Positions 35,624 to 48,032 of a stretch of 64,000 nucleotides of DNA are shown here, piece by piece. Position 1 is the stretch's first letter; each line of letters begins with the position of its first letter. The DNA is from Vicugna vicugna (taxonomy: Eukaryota), in NCBI GenBank assembly GCA_013265495.1, contig MU061814.1, forward strand, positions 5,769,684 through 5,833,683, given 5' to 3'. The translations under genes and the position numbers were made by a program. The notes beneath the pieces are model-generated. The model made no database searches and was not told the origin of the DNA. It saw nothing but the letters and a program-made list of their open reading frames with translations.

Positions 35624-36180
35624 CAGCGGGTGGCTCTGCTGGTCACATCTCATCAGACCGTGAGCTCTTTGAAGGCGCAGGCCCTGACCTGGACAGCTCA
35701 CAAGAGCAGGCAGTTGAGGGGCGCACTATGACACCAAACGTGCCTCCTGCAGACACGGAGCTGCGCCTCCTACCTCAGGTCCGAGACCTCAGTCATTCCA
35801 GAGCCGCCTGGAAGATGGGGAGACTGAGGCCCAGAGAGAGGAAACCTTCCCTTTCAGCTACAGTGTGAGAGGGGTCCTGCTGACTGGTGAAAACCACGTC
35901 CCGCCTCTAGGAGACAGAAGACACCGATGAGAAGTGTCCCAGCAGGGCGTGTCCGGGAGAGGAAGGCCAGGTGCTCGGCCGGCCTCAGCCCTCCCTTGCC
36001 CTCTTCTCACCCCGAGTCCCTGTAGGGTCAAGGCAGGAGCCTCCCGCATCTGCTCCCTCCTGCTGCTTGGAGCCTGGGAAGGTTGCCGGTAAATGGGGAG
36101 TGGGAGGCCTCCCACCCCTGCTGGGGGCAGTGTCGGCCCTGGTGCCCAAAACCTTCTGAAGCAGCTGATTTTCTGTCTGG

Positions 36181-36200
36181 CAGGCGCCCCCTCGCGGCAA
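36181..36200 (-). promoter_or_regulatory. CTCF motif
   Basis: Minus strand TTGCCGCGAGGGGGCGCCTG; core CCGCGAGGGGGCGC. Confidence 0.6.
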
Positions 36201-38314
36201 GGCACGCAAGGCGCACAGTCTTCCAGCACCTGGGAGAGACCCAGGGCCCAGCAGAGAGGCCGGGCCGCGGGGGGCAGCAAATCTCCGCAGAGGGGCCGCC
36301 CAGGTCCTAGATGGGACACGCACAGCTGTTATCCAGCCAGGGGCCTCCGTCCTGCTGGGCCCACGACCACGGCAACCGGAAAGCTCGTGGGGGCTCTTCC
36401 CTCAGGCTTTTGCATAACAAGTGTCATCTCAGACACACCAGGTTCTGCATTTCAATTTTTGGTAGTGAAATCAGTGTTTCTGATGCACATTTCTCGGCCC
36501 ACAGAAGTTGCTGGAATTTGCCTGACTTGGGGAACAAGAAAGGGAGCCACCTGTCCCCCCACAACCCCCGGCCCGGGACACTGGGGCTGGTGGGACGGTG
36601 GCCCTCTGGACATGAAACGCCGTATTTTGGGTCGTCCGAGCCGAGTCTCGAACTCATTTGTGTCTCGGGAAGGGAGTCATCCTCATTTCCACAGTGGCCC
36701 TGACGGTCACCAGAGACAGAAGAGAAAGGCAGACACAGAGACGTGACCCCAGCAGTCAGAGCGTCTGGCCTGGCCTGGCCTCCGTGGACGGATGGCTCAG
36801 TTCAGAGAGACCAGGAGACGGAGAGGGAGCAGCCGGCCCCCCCCAGCCCCTGCCCTCGCCTCCTGCGTGACCCCAGGGGCCCTGCTCCGTGCACCAGCCC
36901 CTCCCCTTCAAGCCTTGCCTGGTGAGCCAGGGAAGGTTCCCCTGCAAGGCCGGACAGGACAGGTGCTTCCTGGGGGATGACAGTGTGGAGGGGGCTCCCC
37001 CTCGCCAAGGGGAGGGCTGACCTGGGGAGCACCCTCTGTTGGGGGCGGCCCTGCAACGAGACCCCGTGTCCTCTCCTCCCGAGCGGTGGTCTGGCTCAGG
37101 TTGGACGCCAGTGGAGCAGAAGTCAGTGTCAAGTCAGGGAGGAAGACGGGTTTTCCCACTAGGCTCTTGGGGCTCGTCCTCCCCTCCTGGGAAAGGCAGC
37201 TGCAGACATGCTCCCTCTGGAAGGGCTGCTGGTGGGAGACGCTGACCCAGCCCACCCCAGGCAGCACCAAGCCCCCAGCAGAACTGGGAGCGCGCCGCCC
37301 CACAGCACCTCCTGCTGGACACCTCCCGGGTGCTGGTGGCCCCGGGGTGGGTGGTGGCGGTGGTGGTCCTCTATTTGATCTTTAAAATGGGGCTCCAGCC
37401 CCCCAGGTGTTCTGTGCCCTTGTGCTGAAGAGCATGTGTTGGGCAGAGTCAGTGGGGCCCTTGGAAGGAAGGTGAGTGAACCAGAGATGGGCCCTCCCGG
37501 CCTTGTCAAGATGGGAGGGCGGCTGTCCCGGGGCTGGGACTCCCTCCTGGTCTGAGCTCAGGCCCTGTCTGCAGGGGGAGGGCAGCACGGCCCCCCCAGG
37601 GACCCGACTCCCGCCAGCCCCGGGTGACATGGGACAGAAGGGGCTGGGCAGGACCAGGAATCCGCCATCTGCTCACAGGGAAGGCAATCCCCAGCAGTGA
37701 GGGTCTCCGGGACCTGAGAGACCCCTGTGATCTGAGCCCTGGCCCCCAAGTCATGTGGGAAAATGGGCAGCTGGACCCTTGGCCCAGGCCACCACGTTAG
37801 CTGTCACCCAGGTAGGCCCCTCCCACCGGGATGTCCAGTCTGCCCTTGACCTGGAAACTCCCTTCAAGGAGGGCCCTGCAGCCAGAAACACCCGATTCCC
37901 GGCCCTGGGGAGTGGGTGGGTGACAGGCAGGGCTTAGCGCTGTGGCCTGCCTGCCGGTTTCCACATCACCGGCCCTGTCAGTGCCCCCAGGGCTGTCTGA
38001 AGAGCAGAGGCCTCTCGCATCCAAATTTTTTTAAAAGCACAGGAAATATTCACCTGATCCCTTCCTGCTGTCTGACAGAAATCATTTATTTTCGTGTCCT
38101 CTGCAGCCATGCCCCCTTCGGCCCTGGGGGGATGTCCGGCCACTACTGGACATGGTCCCAGCAGACGGTGGGTGCCTGCCTGGCCAGGGGTCTGGCCACG
38201 GGGCCCCCCTCGCAGTCGGCCCGGCCACCTCGCTGTGCCGTGGCTCACTCCCCAAGTGGTGACATAACCGCAGATCTGTCTGGTGGGGTCCGCATCCTGC
38301 ACGCCCTGCGATGT

Positions 38315-38620
38315 GTGCTTGTGCATCCTCTGCTGCACAAGTTGCCCCAAAACCTATGGCTGAAAACGATGACGCTGTTTATCATCTGCCCTGTTTCTGA
38401 AGGACCAAGCTTCCGGACAGGACCCAGGGGGCACAGGTCTCTGCCCCTGGCATCCGGGCCTCCCCGGGGCTGGGGGCGTCTGAAGGCCTCACTCACAGGT
38501 CAGTGCTGGTGCTGGCTGTCGGCTAGAGCTGCCTCCTGGGGGCCCCGTGTGGCCCTGGCTGGGCTCCAGAGGCCAGTGTCCCGCGTGCGAGGAGCACGTG
38601 GCAGGTGGTGTGGCCGTCCC
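38315..38620 (-). mobile_element. MLT1 (MaLR) LTR remnant
   Basis: ctgctgcacaagttgccccaaaacctatggctgaaaacg...gtctgaaggcctcactcacagg...gtgctggctgtcggc resembles MLT1F/G-type consensus. Confidence 0.6.
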
Positions 38621-40800
38621 TGGATGACCCCTGTCTTGCCGGCTCACATGACGTAAACAACCATGGTTCCTGGGCTCTGAGCATTCTCGTAGGGAGGCTC
38701 TGGGCTGGGGGCTCCAGACCAGCCCCTCCTCCCTTCTGACAGGGACCCCTTCCCTGAGGAGGCTACAGCCTGGGGTGCCCGTCAGCACCGCACAGGGGAG
38801 GCATCTCAGGTTCCCTCCAGCCCGGGGGTGGGTCTCCCAGCCGCAGACGGAGGAACGCAGGCGGCGTCCGCGCGGAGTCTGGCCCTTGGAGGAGGGGGAC
38901 AGCGGGGAAGGGGGTGGTTCCGGGCCCCGAGGCCCCTCGCACAACCCCAGCTGGGCTCCTCCACCTCCCCCGCTCTGCTGACTTCAAGTTCTGGGTCCTG
39001 AGGGATGGCCTGGCTGGCCAAAGGCAGAGACCCACAGCCCCGAGACAGGCATAGGCCTGCCGGGAACCCCCTCAGACCCCACAGACACATTCTTCCGGAA
39101 AACAATCTGCCCCACCACACCGCTGGGGCGGCCCTCCGGGAAGTCAGGGGAACCGGGCTCAAGGGCAGGGCCGCTCAGACCCACCCTGCCGTCTCCCGGG
39201 GCCTCCTCCAGCCAGGTTACTTGGCTTCCCAGAGCTCGGTTTCCTCCCCTAAATGGGGAGGGGGTGCGGGGACCTGGGAGCCCAGGCCAAGTGGCAAATA
39301 GAGAGCTAACTCCAGCAGGCGGACTTGTCTTGGACTGGGGTCTCGGGGAGGGGTGTCCCGGTCTTGGCCCCTCAGCAGAGGGCTCCGTCCCAGCCTACCC
39401 CCACCTGCAAGGCCTTCGGGCAGCCCTGCTCTGCACCCACCTAATTCCCTCTCCTTAGGCAGCCCTCTCCCTCCAACCCCAAGCCAGAGACCCCAGCCCC
39501 ACTCTCCGCCTGCCTGGAGAGAGGCGAGGCTGGCATGGGGCTGGGTGCCTCCAGGGGAAGTCTCCTGAGGCCCAGAGGGGCTCCCCCGAGCACACCCACA
39601 GCCTCAGCCTCCAGCGTCCAGCTGGCTCCTGCTCCCAGACAGGGGAGACCTCCGCGCCCGGGAGTTGGCAGGCACCCATTCTGCTCCCGGTGTGTGCACT
39701 GCAGAACCCTGGGGAGGGTGGTGGAGCGTGCAGGCCGAGGCACTGCAGGGACCCGCACCTCGGTGGGCTGCACTGGGGGCTGTGGGGACGCCTGCCTCGT
39801 GCTGACGCTGGGCTGGGGAGGAAAGAATGGAGCCACCTCTGACCTAAGGGGGTTGCGCGCTGCGGCAATGGTGAGCGGGTGTGTTCGGGCTTCGCCAGGG
39901 GAGACGGCCCCAGGACCAGGGCTCAGTGGGGCCCTGAAGCAGGAGGCCGCCCTGGAGCACGGCCAGAGCAGGACGGGCAGCCGTGTCCTGAGCTCAGGGC
40001 GGGGGCAGGGCTGGGTGGAGGCCGGAGCTTCCGGGTGACCTGCAGCACCTGGGTGGTGGGGCCTGAGCCTCCTCAAGGCGGTGTGGGCAGCCAGGAGGAT
40101 CTGGCCTCTGCACCAGCCTCAGGGAGGAAGTTAACACAGACTGATTCCAATGCAAATGTCAAACCCACCCTGCAATGAAAAATTAGCAGCTCTGAATGTC
40201 AAGGAGGGAGTCCCAGCCCCAGCTGTCTGGCTCCGGCTGGCGGAGCGGACAGAGCTGAGCTGCTTTCTCCAGCTCCTGGGCTGGGGGGCTGAGGGAGGAG
40301 GCGTCTGGAGTAGGGCCACAGCCAGCACAGACCAGCCACTGGACTGTCAGAGCTCCCAACAGGCCCCTGCGTCTGGTAGGTCCCTGAGGGGCTCAGGGCA
40401 TGGCCACGCCTTCTCCCCTGCACCACCCACCAAGTGCAGGAAGCAAAGGATGCATTCAGCAGGTGCTCCATAGATGCTCTTGACCACGTGGTCTCTGACT
40501 CCGGGGAGCGTGAGTCCTGGGCCCAGCACCCTCTCTGTCCGCTGGCCCATTGCAGCACTGAGGTGGTTCCACCCGGCTCACTCTAGGCAGGAGGGGCTGT
40601 CCAGGGCCACCCGAGGCTGACCCCTGCCCAGCCCAGCCGGTCTCAAGGTCATCCTTGAAGACCAACAGGCATTTTCCGAGTAGCGGTGTCTGAGAAAAAG
40701 CCACGTGCCAGCACCCTCAGCTGTACTTCCTTCTGCACAATTTCTTGTCCTAACCCATTTCACTTTTAAGTGGAAAAAGAAATTACGTTTTTGCATCTTG

Positions 40801-40819
40801 TAACAGCAGATGGCGGCTG
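40801..40819 (+). promoter_or_regulatory. CTCF-like motif
   Basis: TAACAGCAGATGGCGGCTG. Confidence 0.4.
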
Positions 40820-41094
40820 CTATGGGCAGGGTTTCCTGGGGACGCAGCAGTGCCCAGATTTCAGGAATTTCCTGGTCTCTACCCCCACCCAGCCAGCCTG
40901 CAGGGCTCAGCGCCCAGGCTCAGGGACCTGGCCCTGGGAAGACCCAGGGGCTCAGAGAAGGAGCCCCCGGAAAGGACGGCTGGGGCGTGGAGGGAGCTGT
41001 CAGCAAGGAGGAGGCAGGAGCGGAGGAGGACCTGGAGGAACCAGAGGCTCTGCGGGCGCGGAGGAGGGAGCGCGTGGGGGTGGCCCGAGGGGGC

Positions 41095-42585
41095 AGCCAC
41101 CTTGGAGTGCTGGGGGGCCGCTCTGAAGGCTGTGAGTGGGGTCCCACTGTGCTGCTGGTTTGCGCTTCCCTGATGGTCGGCGGTGCTGAGGGTCTTTTCA
41201 TGCGCCTCTGCTCCCCTTTAAGCCAGACTGGCTGCTTCTCGTACCGCATTGCACGAGCTCTCGTGTGTCCGACACCGACCCCTTGCCTGCCGCAGCTTTG
41301 CGGGGTCCTTCTCCCGGTCAGCACGCTGCCTTTGCGCCTGGTTGACGGCGTCCTTTGCTGAGCACAAGCTTTTTTGTTTGACGTAGTCCCATTTGTTTAT
41401 TTTTGCTTTTGCTTCCCTTGACTGAGGAGAAAGATGAAAAACATATGGCTAAGACCGATGTCCAAGAGCATTCTGCTATGTTTTCTTCTAGGATTTTTAT
41501 AGTGTTAGGTCTTACATTTAAGCCTTTAGTTCACTTTGAGTGTATTTTCGGATATGGTGAGAGAATGTAGTCCAGTCTGATTCCTTTACAGGCAGCTGTC
41601 CCGTTTCCCAGCACCGCCACTGAAGAGACTGTCGCTTCTCCATCGTGTGTTCTTGCCTCCTCTGTCACAGACTAAGGGACCGCGAGGGTGTGGGCTTGTC
41701 TCTGGCCACTGTTCTGCAGCCCGGAGCACTGTGCCTGCGTCTGGCCAGCCCCACACTGCTTTGATGGCTGCAGATTTGTGGCATAGTTTCAAGTCAAGGA
41801 ATGGGAGACCTACAGCTCTGTTCCTCTTTCTCAAGGTTGCTTTGATTATTCAGAGTGTTTTGTAGTTCTATACAAATTTTAGGAGTATTTGCTTCAGTTC
41901 TGTAAAAAATGCCATTGGCATATGGTAGGGACTGCATTGACGGCGTGGACTGCCTTGGGGAGCGCGGGCATTTTAATAATATTAGTTCTTCCAGTCCATG
42001 AGCATGATGTGTCTTTCCATCTGTCCGTGTCATCCTCAGTTCCTTCCAACAGTGTCTGACAGTTTTCTGAGTACAGGTTTTGACCTCCTTAGTTAAGTAC
42101 ATTCCTGGGTATTTTATTCTTTTTGATGCAATTGTAAATGGGTTGTTCTCTTACCTTCACTTTCTGGCGGTTTGTTGTTAGTGTGTAAAATGCAACAGAT
42201 TTCAGTATGCTAATCTTACACCCCGCAAATTCACTGGATTTATTTAGTGCTTCTGCTAGGTTTTTAGTGCAATCTTTAGGGCTCCCTACGTACAGTGTCA
42301 CGCCGTGTCATCCGCAGGTAGTGACAGTTTCAACCCCTCCTTTCCAATCAGGAGAACTTCCCTTTCTTTCTCCCGTCTGCTTGCTGCGGCGAGGACTTCC
42401 GGTGCCATGTTGGCTAGAAGTGGTAAGAGTGGGCACCCTTGTCTTGTTCCTCATCTCAGAGGAGATGCTCTCAGCTTCTCACCTCTGGTGTGATGTTAGC
42501 TGTGGGCGGCCACGCGTGGCCTTTGTTATGCTGAAGTGCATTCCTTCTATGCCCGCCTCCTGGTGAGTTTGACTCATACATGGGT
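41095..42585 (-). mobile_element. L1 ORF2 fragment (RT C-terminal to Cys-rich region), frameshifted
   Basis: Minus-strand ORFs MTLYVGSPKDCTK..., YLTKEVK..., RKRNRAVGLPFLDLKLCHK... match L1 ORF2 motifs (MILYIENPKDSTK, LTKEVK, KKNKAGGITLPDFKLYYK). Confidence 0.92.
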
Positions 42586-42589
42586 GCTG

Positions 42590-43245
42590 AACCACTGTAA
42601 CCATTTCTAAGTGCGTGGTTCTCTGGCACTAAACACATCTCATTGCTGTACAGCCATCACCCTGTCCGTTTGCAGAGCCTCTTATCTTGCAAAACACACT
42701 CGGCCCCCTAAGCAGGAACTCTCCCACCCGCCTCCCCGCACCCACCGCCTGCTCTCTGTCTCTGCGAATTTGACTCCTCTAGGAACCTCCTGTAAGTGGA
42801 ATCACACGGTACTTGTCTCTTTGAGACTGGCTCAGCATAATGTCCTCAAGGCTCATCTGTGTTGTAGCCTGTGTCAGGACCTAACTTCGTTTTAAAGGCT
42901 GAATAATATTGCATCATAGGGATGGACCTCATCTTGCTTATCCGTTCATTCATCGATGGACACTTGGGCTGCTTCCATGATTTGGCTGCTGTGAACATGA
43001 GTGTACAGATAAATCTTTGAACCTCTGCTTTCAATTCTTTTTGGTACGTGCCTAGGAGAGGAATTGCTGGATCACATGGTAATTATAGTTTTTTTGAGGA
43101 GCACCGTACCATTTTCCACAGTGGCTGTAGCTTTTTACTTTCCCACTAACAGTGCACAAGTTCCTCCTTTCTCCGCATCCTTCCAACACCTGTTGTCTCC
43201 TATGTTTTTTGACAGCTGCCATCCTGTAGTTGGCATGTTTCTTTT
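42590..43245 (-). mobile_element. L1MB-type 3' end
   Basis: gaatttgactcctctaggaacctcctgtaagtggaatcacac...gatggacacttgggctgcttcc...gaattgctggatcacatggtaat. Confidence 0.88.
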
Positions 43246-43779
43246 TAATAAGAAGTTTAACCCCAGCCTGAAGAGAGCCGACCCTCCCGGCTTTTCTTCC
43301 CCGCTCCCACACTTGTCCGGAGGCCAGTGCCCACCTTTGCCCATGGCTTCCTCCATCCAGAGCCTCCCCTGGACAGAACCTCCCGGACTCTGGCTTGCCT
43401 TCACCGTCCGAGGCAAACTCACCACCGAAAAGTCCACCCAGACCCACAGCCCAGAACCTCTGTCATCACAGCGGCTCACGGTTCCCAGGGGCTGAGGGGC
43501 TCACCTCTGCTGCTTGGCCCCAGAACCTGACCTGGCCTTCAGGGCAGTGGGGCCAGACCTGTGAGACGTCCCCGCGACCTGCCGAACAGTCAGGCCTGAA
43601 TCTCGGCCACATATTTGACCTCTGGGCAGATCTCAAGATGATCACCCTGGCCCTTCCCTCTGGGAGGAGGCAATGCCCCAGTGGACAGGTACTCGGGTGG
43701 TCTGGCCCAGCGGTCCCCTCTGCGGGGTCACCATGTGGCGCAGCCCTGTTGTTGGGCGCCTGCCACGCCTGCACTGTCT

Positions 43780-43960
43780 GTGCTCCAGCGGCCATCAGGG
43801 AAGGTCAGGCTTCACAAGTGAGGTCCGCAGTCTGGGCCTCAGGCTCTGTGAGCCCACGGCCGTGCCTGCCTCATTCTGGCTGCTTCCCAGGGGGCGGGCA
43901 CAGACCTGCTTAGTGAATGAGTGAACGTGTGACTGAATGCATGCGTGATGAATGATTGAA
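43780..43960 (+). mobile_element. L2 3' end with (GAAT)n-like tail
   Basis: gcttagtgaatgagtgaacgtgtgactgaatgcatgcgtgatgaatgattgaa. Confidence 0.5.
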
Positions 43961-44495
43961 GGAGCCACTTGCAGAGAGGCCTCCAGGCCTGTGGCAGACA
44001 GAGCCAGGCCAATTCTGAGAACAACCCTTCGCAGCCTCAGAACCCCGTGGGCTGCAGGCCTGAGGGTCTAGGTGGGGCTGGGTCTGCGGCCACCCGGCAG
44101 CATGAGCCCTGGGACATGGGGCAGCAGAAGGAGCCGGGCACAGGGACCAGGCAAGGTGGACGGACACATGGAGCCAGGCCGAGGGGATGAGGAGCAGCGC
44201 CTCCTACTGTCCTGAGATCTGAGGGCCTGGCTAGCGGCCCAGCCCCTCCCTCCCAGCCCATCCCCATGGCTGTCCCCACAGCAAGGGTCCCCCTTTGACC
44301 CCTTGGGCCCTTCCCCGGGCTCCACAGAGCCCAGGCCAGGGCTGGGGACGTCTGTCCAGCAGAAACAGGCAGTAGCCTTCCGAGCCAAGTGCCGACCTCA
44401 CTGATGGGAGGTGGCACACTTGGAGGTGGAACCATGGGTCCTTGGAAGGAACGGGGCTGCCCCGTCCCCCATCTCCAGGAGCTCCTCCAGGTGAG

Positions 44496-44514
44496 TGCTG
44501 CCACCTAGTGGCAT
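44496..44514 (-). promoter_or_regulatory. CTCF motif
   Basis: Minus strand core GCCACTAGGTGGCAGC. Confidence 0.65.
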
Positions 44515-45334
44515 CTGGGTGCAGCAGGGGTGTGCAGCGGCCCAGCACACTTGGGGGGTTGGCGCTCCGGCCAGCTTCCCTACAGCCCAGCCCTGGCCAC
44601 ATCTGTCCCCCGTGCCCTGTCACCCCCTGACCACGGCCCCGTCTGGCCCTTCCCTGGCCGGTGCTCACACTCAGAGGTGCCCATGGACCAGAGCACCGGT
44701 GGGACGTGGGGTCACGCAGGCAGGGGCAGCGTGACAGGGTTGGAGGGCATGTGAGCTCACACACCACAGGGAGGAAGTCATCTTCCTGGCCCCATAGGCT
44801 GGTCCAGGTGGGAGGAAGGGGCGGGAACGGGGAGGAAGGGAGAGGGGCCTCGGATGGGAGGTGCCTGAGTGGCCCTGCGGTGGTGGGCGGGCAGGCGGTG
44901 GCTGAGCTGGTGGACAGGAGCTCGTCCAGCACCTCTGGGAGGGAGGGCCGGTCCCCTGAGGTCTGCAGTGGCCCCTTGTCTGAGCCCAGAGCCCCCGGCA
45001 CCCCCCCCCACTGCTCCTCAAGCATCCAAGCCCACTCTAGTCCCCACCTTTTGCCCTGAGAAGGTTCACCACACCCCACGCCCAGCCCCCATCCCGTCCC
45101 GCCTGCCCACCTGGCTCCGGCTGCCAGGCTGGACAAGGTGGCCAGTGGATCCAGGTGATAGCAGGACACAACTCTGTGTCTGGCCCACCCGGTCAGGGGT
45201 CAGGGGACAAGACGGTCCCAGAGACCAGGGCGTCTGCTTATGCGGGGCCAGGCTCCACTGCGGGCCCCCACCTCACCTCCAGGAGGGCACTTAGCTCCCA
45301 CCAGGGGTGCCTCAGTTGCCTCCCCTGGGGAATG

Positions 45335-45350
45335 TTGCCACCTCCTGGGG
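45335..45350 (-). promoter_or_regulatory. CTCF-like motif
   Basis: Minus strand CCCCAGGAGGTGGCAA. Confidence 0.45.
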
Positions 45351-45784
45351 TCAGGGTGATAGTCACTGAGCCGGGGACACAGTGCAGGTCCAGGCGAACC
45401 TGGTACATAGTGTGGCCACGTGAGATGGGCACGCGCACCCGGGAGCACGCAGAGCCTCAGACGCTGCCCTCCCCCACTGCTTTGCCCATTCTGCCGTCTG
45501 GTGGCCCGTGTCCAACCCCAGCCTGTGAAGCCTGCCGGAAGCAGAACCCAGGCCACGGTGGACCTGGGGGCACAGGCTGCTGGAGTCTCCCCAAGGAATT
45601 TTCCCTGCTTTCTTGGTGTAGAATTCCCGGGCTAGCTGCACAGCTGGCAGCTGGTGCAGACTCCATCTCCCAGTCTTCCCTGCAGACTCTGACAGGGTTC
45701 TTGACAATGGACAGGCAGCGCGCGCGTGATTGTGTGTGTGCGCGCATGAGACTTCAGAGACCAGTCCTTAAAGGAACAGTGTGC

Positions 45785-46035
45785 CTTCCTTCCCCATACT
45801 CCCTCCTACTAGCTGGAATGCGGTTATAATGGCTAGACTCCAGCAACCACACTGGGCCATGTGGTGACCCTAAGGAAGTCACGTAGAGCAGAGCAGTAAG
45901 ACAGGAGAGTCCCGAGTGCCTGGCACCCACACCCATCCTGACAGCCTCCATCTGAGAAACAAATATGAGCCTATTCTGTTGAACCCACAGTTACTTAGAG
46001 TTTCTCTATTAATTACAGCCAAGCCTAAACCTAAC
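45785..46035 (+). mobile_element. MLT1J/K-type LTR remnant
   Basis: ctggaatgcggttataatggctagactccagcaacc... and 3' end ctattctgttgaacccacagttac...acagccaagcctaaacctaac. Confidence 0.65.
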
Positions 46036-46075
46036 CCTCGTCCTAGGGGACAGTTCCTAGAGAAACCGAGAGAAA

Positions 46076-46081
46076 TTTATT
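46076..46081 (-). terminator. KCNQ2: KCNQ2 distal polyadenylation signal AATAAA
   Basis: tttatt on + strand, followed on the minus strand by U-rich ttctctcggtttctc; ~6.5 kb from the stop, similar to the long human 3'UTR as recalled. Confidence 0.65.
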
Positions 46082-47959
46082 GGCACTGAGAAACATGGCA
46101 AGCAGTTTGAAGACCGCTGAATGGAAGCAGATTAAGGACATTCTTCTCCTGTGTCCATGGAGGGAGGAGGACAGAGGTGGGGCCCTGCCTCCCACTGCAG
46201 CCCCCTCCACACAGCACAGAGGGCAGGTGCACGAACTGGGCACTGAGAGAACCCCTAGAGCACCCCAGGTCTTCATCAACCCAGGAACTGCAGAGAAACC
46301 TAGTCAGAGTGGCCTGTTGGGGCGTCTGAGGGCCGTATGAGCCCGAGGGCCCCCAGAGCTCACAGCACAGGCTCGGGGTTTCCTGGGGCGGCTCTGGAAC
46401 CCTCCTCCCTCCGGCTCTAGCAGAGATGGGCAGGGACACAGCGGGACCCTGTCTAGAGCTCCAGGTGGATGGAGGTGAGCTGAGCAGCCAGCCCAGGCAG
46501 GCGGGCAGGGGCCCACCTGCACCTGGAGCCCAGTTCCCTCCAAACCTAAGGACACCCCAGCCCACAACTCAATGGGAGTCTTGCAGCACAGAGGTCTCTG
46601 GTGGTGGTCGGAGCCTGCCAGGGCCACTTGAACCCCCATGCTACAGGGCCCGATCGCCTGTGACGGGGCTGTGGGGCAGCAGGCCTTGGGCCCTGCTGAG
46701 GTCAGCCGGTCTGGGCACCAGTCCTGGCCGGGTCACTGCCTCTCAGGCCACCACGCCCTACGGAGCTGCTCTTCCTACTCAGAGGGCTGACCCCTAGGAG
46801 TCCCAGGGAGCGTCCAGTGGAGGGGAAAATGCCAGAGGGCAGCACAGCTGACCGCCCGCACAGGCTCAGTCTCAGACCCGCCCGCCCTGGGCCCCTGCCT
46901 GGCCCCTCTGCTGGGAGATGGGACGGCCTTATCCCCCCCACCCCGCTCTCCACACCGCCCCCGCTGGGCCAGCTGAGGGGAGCAAGTCGGAAGAGAAAGA
47001 GTGGGGGGTGGCCAAGCAGGTGCCACGAACAGCAGGAGGGGCTCTGAGGACGTCAGACCCCAGGCCAGGCACCAGCGCCGAGCTCCAGGTCTCCACACCC
47101 ACTGCAGACCCATGTGCACAGAGCCCACCCCTGGGAGTGGGCAGACCCAGCGTTTCCTGAGGGCCCAGAGGGCTCGCCCGGCCCCAGGCTGGGGGCTCTG
47201 GTCCAGGACCCTAGCCGCTCCCAGTGGCGGCAGGTAGGATAGACCGCAGGCGGGAAGCCCACAGGCTCAGGCCCAGCCCCGGGCGGTGAGGGTGAGTTTT
47301 TGCTGCTTAAGCCGCTAGTCTGTGGTCCTTTCTTAGGACACACCGGCAGGGCCCAGTGCCTTGACCCTGGGAAGCGGGACCCCCTGCAGCACAGCAGCCC
47401 CTTGGCCAAGGCCTCCCCCGCCCCCCCCCACCGGAGCCCGGCCAGGACCCCGCAGCCCGGAGACGGCGTGAGAGGACAGAGGCTACACGTTGTTCAGGTT
47501 GAATCACTGTGTTTTACTAAGTGCACAGGTCCACTGGGCATCCAAACTCGTCCCTGTGGCAGAACTCTCCACATGCATCCCTGCCGCCGTCTCTACGCCC
47601 GCGGTCCCTGGCAAACCGCGCTGGGCCTCCTGGCGGCACAAGCGTCAACCTGACAGTGAGTTGAGTGAGAATCTCAGCTGGTCCGTAGAAAACTAGAGTT
47701 CTTTCCCTGGGCGTCTGTCCCTAGAAAACGGCCAGTGTGCACATCCCCTGTCACAGGGTGGTGACCCGCCCAGGAGGAGAGGCCCGGCGCCTGCTGCAGG
47801 GACACGTGGGAGACAGTGTACGTCAGTACTGAAGGCATCATGACATTTTCTTTGGAGCATGAACGTGAACAAAAGTGCAGACAGCCAAGGCAACAGCGCA
47901 GGTGGGGGTCGCAGCCGCCTTTGGGCCAGAGGGCACGGCTGCGAGGACAGCATGGGATG

Positions 47960-48032
47960 GGGGTGCAGGGGACCCCAGGGGCGCAGGGGGACCCTAGGGG
48001 TGCAGGGGACCCCGGGGGCACAGGGGGACCCC
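47960..48032. repeat. 18-19-bp tandem repeat (GGGGYRCAGGGG(G)ACCCYR) x4
   Basis: Four visible copies. Confidence 0.85.

Noticed and set aside
46022-46040. Telomere-like cctaaacctaaccct
   Set aside because: Part of the MLT1 LTR terminus; too short for an interstitial telomeric repeat
47872-47878. miR-17/106 seed match GCACTTT in the KCNQ2 3'UTR
   Set aside because: A single 7-mer in 6.5 kb is expected by chance without conservation data
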